NCBI RefSeq assembly: GCF_009914755.1
Contig: NC_060930.1
Source: the human T2T-CHM13v2.0 reference genome, Homo sapiens
Length of the DNA: 64,000 nt
Direction: 5' to 3' (one strand)
Below, piece after piece: positions 51,972 to 64,000 of the stretch (position 1 is the stretch's first letter; each line of letters opens with the position of its first letter). The position numbers and the translations under genes are program-made. The notes below the pieces were generated by a model that saw only the letters and a list, made by a program, of their open reading frames with translations, was not told the DNA's origin and did not search any database.

Positions 51972-52979
51972 CTGCCACGTAAAATGTAGCCCAAAGGACA
52001 TGAAAATCAATTAGCTATGTTAACATAAGTCCTGTTCAGGCACAGGCCAAAACAGAGTTAATTATAAAACGAAGGTTAAAATTACTGGGACCCGAATTCA
52101 CATATTAATCCTGTGTTAGTATTTAAAAGTTCTGTCTTCAAGAGAATATGATGCTAGTAATCATTTGTAAAACAATCAGGGATGGGGGTGCATATGACAT
52201 TGAAGTTTTGTTGTTGATTAAATACTTCATTATTTTCCTTTCTTTGGAGAGTTTGTGGCTTTATAAATAACTGGAAAAATCACGAATCATACAAATGAGA
52301 AAAGGTCTGTGAAATAAAGCTTGGTCTTTTGTGGACATCTCAAGTTTCAAATATGGTAGGAAGATAAATGCACCCAAAGTACTGTTATTGCCAAATGGGC
52401 TCAGGTATGGTTACTCATTACCTGAGGCACAGCACATATAAGGGAAAACACACAGCACTGGGAAACATTATAGTCACCAAAATACTCAATGCATTTTAGA
52501 TGGCAAGTGTATAGGAAAATAGTGGTGCAGAATAGAAAATAACAAAGTTGATTTATTTTAATCCAAAGCCAAGCTTTAGACGGTCTGTTTTCATATTTTT
52601 CTAACAATAGCTGTTCTTCTAAATTGTATTACACATTTATACAGTAGAGTACATGCACATATGTAGTTAGCTAGTTAGCGTGGAGACCACAACTAAATAT
52701 ATATGCCATGAATTTCCCATCCCCCAGACAACTAAAACACTGTGCAAGTAAATTATTGTTTAAAGCTCAGAGCCTCTCAGTATTATTGCGAAATTATAAA
52801 CAAATACAGGGTAGACCTCTGACATGTTAAGTAATTCAGCTGTCTCGAGCACATAGTTTCATTTTAACTGTCATTGTTTACAGTGTCAAAGATTGGCCCG
52901 GCCCAACGGTAGTCAAAGAGACTTAAGGAATCTGTTCCTCCCTCTGAATCTGCAAGATCGAAGGCTGGTCCCTGAAATC

Positions 52980-53545
52980 AGCCACGGAGAGGGAACATGG
53001 AGCCACTCGCCAGGCTCCAGTCAAAGAGCAAAGCCGCGGGGACCCACTGGATCCTTACCATGACCACAGAGGGGTGGGCCGAAGGCGTGGGGAGGAGCTC
53101 CCCATCCAGGTCCTCTGTCCCTTCCGCCAGCCCCTCGACCTCGGTCACCGTCAGCAGCATGGTGGCGTGCTTGGCTTTCATCGTCAGCATCTTGCACTTG
53201 GAATTCAAAGAAGCGATCTGCTCCTGGTAGCCCTTAATTTTCTGCGCCAGCTCCTGAGGAAACATTTCCCCCACCGGGGTGTCAGAGCAGCATCAAAAGG
53301 AAACAGAAGTAGTAGCGTTCATCTTCCTGCAGGGCGAGCCAATGAGCGCGCAGAGCCGCGCGGGCCCGGGAGGCAGGATGTGTAGGCGGCGAGTCCTCCT
53401 GCATCTCGCTACCGAGCCAGACCGCAGGCTGCGCGGCGCGGCGCAGGCACAGCCAAAGTGCCCGAGCCCGCGTCCCCGCGTCGGTACAAAAGGAGAAATG
53501 AGGGGATGAGGCCGAATGAGTGGTTTCTAATCGCGAGAGGCCCCA
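52980..53545. promoter_or_regulatory. Intragenic CpG island over exon ~92 and its upstream intron; candidate internal promoter
   Basis: Abrupt GC/CpG enrichment (gcgcgcagagccgcgcgggcccggg; gcgcggcgcggcgc) in an AT-rich setting, not repeat-derived; CCAAT at 53339-53343. Confidence 0.75.
53059..53253 (-). CDS. SYNE1: SYNE1 coding exon (~92), 195 nt, ELAQKIKGYQ...PSVVM
   Basis: cctcag|GAG acceptor, ATG|gtaagg donor; within ORF 52978..53274. Confidence 0.95.
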
Positions 53546-54362
53546 TATGGAATCATGAACTTCCGCAACATTAGGAACTGACAACTTTCTTTAAAAGCAG
53601 AAAGCATCTGAAATTTACCAGATGGTTCCTGCCATGGAAATTAGGTCATGTGATGGCTAAAACCACACCAAAAAAAATGCAAGGCTCAGCTCTTACCCTA
53701 CTGAGTACATTCAACAGAGATGACAGTCATTTATTTTACATAGGGTCACATACTCAATAGCCTGTCTGTTCCTATGTCTCTAAGAATTTTTTTTAGATAG
53801 GCTAGATATTGCATATGGAAATCCCAATTTTTAATGCAGATTGACCCCCCAAAAAAATTTTGTATATTCATCAAATTTTTTCTTGCTCACTTCATCATGT
53901 CTCAAATGTTGCTGAGGCTTTAACTAGAACTTTAAACTTGAAGTGCAATTCGGATTTAGTGTCTTTTAATTTCATTTGCTTTTGAAAAAATAATTGTTTT
54001 TTTGTTTTTGTTTTTGAGCAGACAAGAATGAAAAAATATATTATGAGAGATAGAGGTTTTAAATATTTTATTAAGAGCTTATTGGAAATATAATCTGGAT
54101 AGCACATAACCCTTAAAAAGGTAACTATAGATTCATTTTAGGAGTATGGTAATTCTAAAATATTAAAGTTTTACTTTCTTGCTTAAATATTTTAAGTATC
54201 AAATATTAAAATTATACTTTATTGCATCTTTAAAAAACGAAAATACATATTTCAAAACATGATTCCTAAAAGTACAAAACTATTATTCTTTTTTTTTTTT
54301 TTTTTTTTGGCTTCTTTGTTTCAGAGGCTGTCATTTATTGTGCACATAGAACACATTTTGTG

Positions 54363-54610
54363 GGCCGGGTGCAGTGGCTCATGCCTGTAATCCTAGCACT
54401 TTGTGAGGCTGAGACGAGGGGATCACTTGAGATCAGGAGTTCAAGACCAGCCTGGCCAACATGGTGAAACCCTGTCTCTACTAAAAATACAAAAATTAGC
54501 CAGAAATTGCTTGAACCCGGGAGATGGAGGTTGCAGTGAGCCAAGATTGTGCCACTGTACTCCAGCCTGGGCAACAGAGTGAGACTCTGTCTCAAAAAAA
54601 AAAAAAAAAA
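54363..54610 (+). mobile_element. Alu (S-like) with ~50-nt right-arm deletion
   Basis: ATTAGCC joins directly to AGAAATTGCTTGAACCC; TSD AGAACACATTTTGT. Confidence 0.87.
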
Positions 54611-54731
54611 GAACACATTTTGTGACAAAAATATTAAATTGTAATGTCTTTAAAATAATTGTGTACATACATACACATACATTCATATATATACACACAC
54701 ATATACACATGCACACACACATATGTACACA

Positions 54732-55074
54732 TAGTCATCCCTCAGTAACTGAGGGGCATTGGTTCTAGGAACCCTCTTAGATACAAAATTCACAGATATT
54801 CCAGTTTCTGATGTAAAATGGCATAGTATTTGCATATAACCTATGCACATCTTCCCAAATACTTTAAATCATCTCTAGATTACTAATAATACCTAATACA
54901 ATGTAGATGCTATGCATTATAAATAGGTGTTATACTGTACAATTTAGGGAATAATGACAAGAAAAGAAGATCAACATGCAGAGATGCAACCATCCTTTTT
55001 GCTCCTCAAATATTTTCCATCCATGCTTGGTTGAATTCATGGATGCAGAACTTATGGATATGGAGGGCTGACTG
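54732..55074 (+). mobile_element. MER2 (TcMar-Tigger) MITE
   Basis: TIRs AGTCATCCCTC...GAGGGCTGACTG followed by TA; core ATACTTTAAATCATCTCTAGATTAC. Confidence 0.85.
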
Positions 55075-55408
55075 TATGCAAAACACGTGTGCACATGCAC
55101 ACACACACACACACACACATTTTGTTATTATTGTTGTTTTGTTTGTTTCTTCCTGCCCAACTGAAGCCGAGTGGAGCAAAAAACAGTCCAGCAGAACTCA
55201 GCCAGCAGGCAGTCTTCTTGACTCCTAATAGTATAGGAATTTTTAAAACAAGGATTTAAAAAGTAGACATCATTGCTTCTTTACCTCTGGGGATGCAGTT
55301 AATTAAACCTAATAGGATTTTTAAAAACAGTGATTGAATAGCTATTTACTATATCTTGTCTAGTGGCTAGCACGTGGGTACTCAATAAATGACATTTACT
55401 GCAACTAG

Positions 55409-59311
<3,903 letters not shown>

Positions 59312-59678
59312 AGACAGAGATCAATGCAGCAAAGCTTTAAGCGTTGCTGTTTCTCGTAGGCATTAAAAACAGGGTATGGACTGTGTTTTAGTGTATTAAC
59401 TGTGAGAATTCTGGGTGCAGGAGATGATAATCAGTGGGTCCCAAAGGATATAATACGAACAACGTGTAGAGAGGTTATGGAATCAAGGGGAACGCACGTG
59501 TTACTGAATCAACAAAAACGGCACTCACAATGCTTAGATAGCCAAAGAGGCCTCTCAAGAGTTGAACACATTAAGTGCAGGACAGGGGAAACTGTTCTCT
59601 TCCATTCTCTAGAAACCAAACATATACTCTAATCAAGCCAGTTTCCTGCCCTCGGTATTTCGCCTACATTCCTCTCAC

Positions 59679-59822
59679 CTCATGCCGAGAAATCTGAGCC
59701 TGCAGCTCCTGTATGTTACTGGTGGCAACAGGTTTATCCTCAATCTCTCTGTGAGCTCCTTCTATCAGTTGCTGGAGATGTTTCATTTCTTGCTCATATT
59801 GTTCATATTGTACCACAGCTTC
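59679..59822 (-). CDS. SYNE1: SYNE1 coding exon (~91), 144 nt, EAVVQYEQYE...ISRHE
   Basis: T13-caaag|GAA acceptor, GAG|gtgaga donor, phase 0/0. Confidence 0.94.
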
Positions 59823-60225
59823 CTTTGAAAAAAAAAAAAACAGAAAGATAGACAGTTTTTTTTCTCTATCAATAACTAGGTAAGTGATTCTGTAGTTTAA
59901 CTCCTATTTACCTGTACAGGTAGGGAATAAAGAAATGATGGGTAAAATTCCTAGATGGTTTGAATTCCTCACTTTATGTAGATATTTCAGAACTTTCTCT
60001 CTAAAATGTTGTAGCAAAATTATTGATGGAATCAAAATAGTTAAGTGGTTAGGATTCTTTCTCTCTCTTTTCCCTACTGATATCGTCCTGAAGATGGAAC
60101 ATGACGGTCAGAAAGGGTGAAGCAGTGTGGGAAACATTATTTCATTTTTCCATCTAACAAATACTGAATATATAGGTAAGACACTTATCTAAGTGCTACG
60201 GTAGGGAATAAAAATACGAATTATG

Positions 60226-60353
60226 GGCTGGGCGCAGTGGCTCAAGCCTGTAATCTCAGCACTTTTGGAGGCCAAGGTGGCTGGATCATGTGAGCCCAGG
60301 AGTTCAATACAGCTTGGGCAACATGGTGACACCCCCATCTCTACCAAACAAAA
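60226..60353 (+). mobile_element. Alu left monomer (FLAM-like)
   Basis: Left arm only. Confidence 0.75.
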
Positions 60354-60782
60354 GTATATACACATATGAAGTATGAATGACTTTTAGCCTCAGGAATTTT
60401 CTGTCCAACAAATTACAAGATAACAGGGAGGAAAGGGTAGTTGACCAAATGAGCCACTAGTGATTTTAGTGAGATGCTATTGATACAATTTTTGGATAAA
60501 GCAAGAATTATTAGTTGAAGGGAGACATAAGGTAAACACTGTCATTTCTTCCTGGTAAATGATTTTCTCTTACTAGGCAAAGAGACTAAGAATTATACTT
60601 GAGTGCATTTTTTTAGGCACTCAAAAGAAAATGGATTTAATGCTTTAATAAGCTGAAATATGAAAAAAACTCTGTAACACAAGATAACAGTAAACCTGTA
60701 TTATCAGTTTGTAGATGATTCTCAGGTGAATAATAAGAGATAAAAACATGTAATTGCATAGAAAATTAATCTTTACAAGTTA

Positions 60783-60788
60783 TTTATT
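60783..60788 (-). terminator. Candidate intronic poly(A) signal AATAAA for exon ~90 read-through transcripts
   Basis: tttatt on + strand ~210 nt past the read-through stop; followed on - strand by CA and a U-rich tract (ATGTTTTTATCTCTT). Confidence 0.6.
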
Positions 60789-61023
60789 TAAAAATATCAC
60801 TAAAAGATAATTTTCACCAAGGATATTTTTTATATAGCATTCCCCAGGCTTTTGTGGGTGATCCAAATGACAGCATTTTAATCTCCTTATTTTATAAAAC
60901 CACAACAGCCTGTCAGATTCAACACCCTGGATGTGTTTTGATGGCTGAGCCCACACAATGCTAAGAAAAGAAGCCCATGATTCATCAGCAATTGCTCTAT
61001 TGGTGTGGGTACCCTGCACCTGC

Positions 61024-61206
61024 CTGCATGATGTTACACTGCTGGATGGCGGTGTGCTGCAGCCGGCTGGCCTCTTCCTGCAGCCGCAGAGCAGCATGAC
61101 AGAGAGGTAAGCTGGCAACCACATCCTCGGGGATCCGGAGGGCACTCTGGCAGAGCTGCACTGCTTGCACCTTCGGCTTCAGTGACTCCATCTCAGACAA
61201 CAAATG
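61024..61206 (-). CDS. SYNE1: SYNE1 coding exon (~90), 183 nt, HLLSEMESLK...QCNIMQ, ending at a GC donor
   Basis: tttcag|CAT acceptor; CAG|gcaggt keeps frame with the next phase-0 exon, whereas the GTs at +4 and +11 do not. Confidence 0.9.
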
Positions 61207-61347
61207 CTGAAAATGCAATTTCATAGTTCAAAAATTTAATATTTAAATCATTTATTTCATAAGCAAAAGGCACTAAATTATAGTTACGTTGCAAGTTATA
61301 AACATTTTGCAAAAAAAAAAAATGTTTAAAACAGTGTTGAGTTTAGG

Positions 61348-61487
61348 GGCTGGACACAGTGGTTCACGTCTGTAACCCCAGCACTTTGAGAGGCTGAGGT
61401 GGGTGGACCACATGAGTTCAGGAGTTCGAGACCAGCCTGGCCAACATAGGGATACCCTGTCTCTATTTAAAAATAAATTAAAAAAAA
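61348..61487 (+). mobile_element. Alu left monomer (FLAM-like) with ~20-bp TSD
   Basis: TAAAACAGTGTTGAGTTTAGG on both sides. Confidence 0.85.
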
Positions 61488-61583
61488 TAAAACAGTGTTG
61501 AGTTTAGGAGGCATTTTTCCTTACTATCCTCTTTTAAAAATATAGGTCCCTGTCCCTATTTACTCCAAGTTAGTTTGGCTTAC

Positions 61584-61706
61584 CTGCCGATGAGAGAGCT
61601 GCTCCTTGAGACTGAGACGTCCAACTTCTGGAGAAGTCAGTGTTGCCTGGGCTTGCTCCAAGGCAGCTTGTAACTTTTTCAACTCTGCTTCAAATTTTTT
61701 CATATC
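61584..61706 (-). CDS. SYNE1: SYNE1 coding exon (~89), 123 nt, DMKKFEAELK...LSHRQ
   Basis: ctctag|GAT acceptor, CAG|gtaagc donor, open frame, phase 0/0. Confidence 0.95.
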
Positions 61707-61875
61707 CTAGAGAGTCAATATCAATGTATTGTACTTGAAGTTCAAAGCCATAGGGGAAGAATAACATCACAGTCAAGAAACCACATCACAGGTGAGCACT
61801 ATTTCCATAGTGGCATTGCCATTTTCTTTCAATGATAGACATTTTTTTCTGTTTCTTTTTTTTTTCTTTTTTTAC

Positions 61876-62061
61876 CTTAGCTGCATCTTGGAGGTTCTGC
61901 AAACGAATTTTGATCATCTGTCGCAACTCCTCAGTCTCCCGTCCCAGTTCTGCCACTTGCTGAGACATTTTTTCTGTACAGTACACGCTAGTGAGGTACT
62001 GTAATTTCTCAGTCATTGCTTCCAGCTCACTGTCAATTTCTTTGGATTCTTCTAGCAGGGT
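61876..62061 (-). CDS. SYNE1: SYNE1 coding exon (~88), 186 nt, TLLEESKEID...LQDAAK
   Basis: ctctag|ACC acceptor, AAG|gtaaaa donor, phase 0/0, overlaps ORF 61786..62016. Confidence 0.95.
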
Positions 62062-62952
62062 CTAGAGTGAATTGTCAATATTCATGACATTGACGGGCAG
62101 GTAGAGGGATATAGATATTCAATATAGCTTGGCATAAAATGCCCTGTGTAAGTTCTGTGTGTCCGTTATTGTGTTTAACCTTCACCCCCCATGACCACTT
62201 TCTACTTGGTAGCCACTTACTATTATAACTATTTCACAGAAAAAGAAATCACAGTTTAGGAACTGTAAACAATGTGCAGAGGTCACATGTCATACTACGT
62301 GTGGGACCATGAAGCTCCTGCTCGGTCAAGCCCAAGCTGCCCCCTCGTGAGAACAGGACATAGGAATTCTAGCAGTGAAAAACCCAAACATACTAGGTGT
62401 CTTATTTGTATCTCTGGGTCTCCATTTTCTCATATTTAAACTAAAGAATCACTTTTCAGCTCTCATATTCTATACGACTGAAGTTCATATTTGTCTAAGA
62501 AATGAAAATAAGAACAAGAGCATTACAAGCAAAAACCTTGGCTCACTTGCTTTAAGTGAGACAAAGGGGTAGAAGATACGTGCAATAACTATCAAGAGAA
62601 GCAAAAACATCCCTGATCATTCAGAGTGGTATCATCTACTGGGTCTATCAGAAATACAATGGATAAGTAACCATTCAATGTACAGTCTATGAAAAGTAGA
62701 ACGAAAGAGAAGCCAGTGTGAAGAGATGACTGCAACTTGGGGAAGATTGGGAGAAGGTCTCCGGGAAGAATCACATCTGAGCCCAGTCAGAAGGACTTTT
62801 GGAATCTGACAGATGAGGGGGAAGAGGAAAGACATTTCAGACAGAGAGAACAGCATATGCATAGGTACAAAGATGCGTGAATCTAGAACACACAGTTAGT
62901 GGGGTGTGTAATGTGTAAAGAGGAGAAATGAGGAATAGGATATTATTCTTAG

Positions 62953-63693
<741 letters not shown>

Positions 63694-64000
63694 CCTATAC
63701 AAGATATATTTATTTTTAACACATAAATATATATAGTAAGGATATATATATATAATCTGTTAAATATATATTTAATGTAAATGTATAATTTAAGTATATT
63801 TATTAATAATTTAATTATTTTAAATGATTTAAATATATATTTACTATATAAATATATCAAATAGAAAATATATGACTTGGAAAATATTGAAAATATAAAG
63901 AAGAAAACAAAATATCTCATCACTTTATAACCCAGAAATAACTTTAAGAGTTAACTGCTGATACATTTGGGCACATTTTTAGGTATTAATAATTGAGGTC

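Noticed and set aside
53541-53550. Possible CArG/SRF box near the CpG island
   Set aside because: CCCCATATGG has only four A/T bases, not CC(A/T)6GG.

Overview
Primate (almost certainly human: a near-consensus AluYa5 is present) genomic DNA lying wholly inside one large minus-strand gene that I recognise from its translation as SYNE1 (nesprin-1). I resolved 18 consecutive coding exons from 62061 down to 440 (2,862 nt, 954 codons) that splice into one open frame of spectrin-repeat rod plus Ser/Pro-rich linkers. Numbering them ~88-105 is from recall, anchored on the 47-aa cassette exon as exon 93. Sixteen of the 17 internal introns are phase 0 and one intron appears to use a GC donor. The introns hold ~39 Alu elements or fragments, old L1/L2/MIR pieces, DNA-transposon MITEs (MER1B, MER30, MER2, MER5-like, a deleted MADE1), a truncated 5S rRNA pseudogene, two minisatellites and an intragenic CpG island. 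Most ORFs in the supplied track are Alu or repeat artefacts. I found no standalone novel gene or system. The most interesting signals are isoform-generating features: a GC donor with in-frame read-through and a poly(A) signal, an internal CpG-island promoter with an in-frame ATG, a VNTR of acceptor-like motifs in the only frame-breaking intron, and inverted Alus around phase-0 exons that could give circRNAs with endless ORFs. Repeat boundaries and subfamily calls are by eye and approximate.
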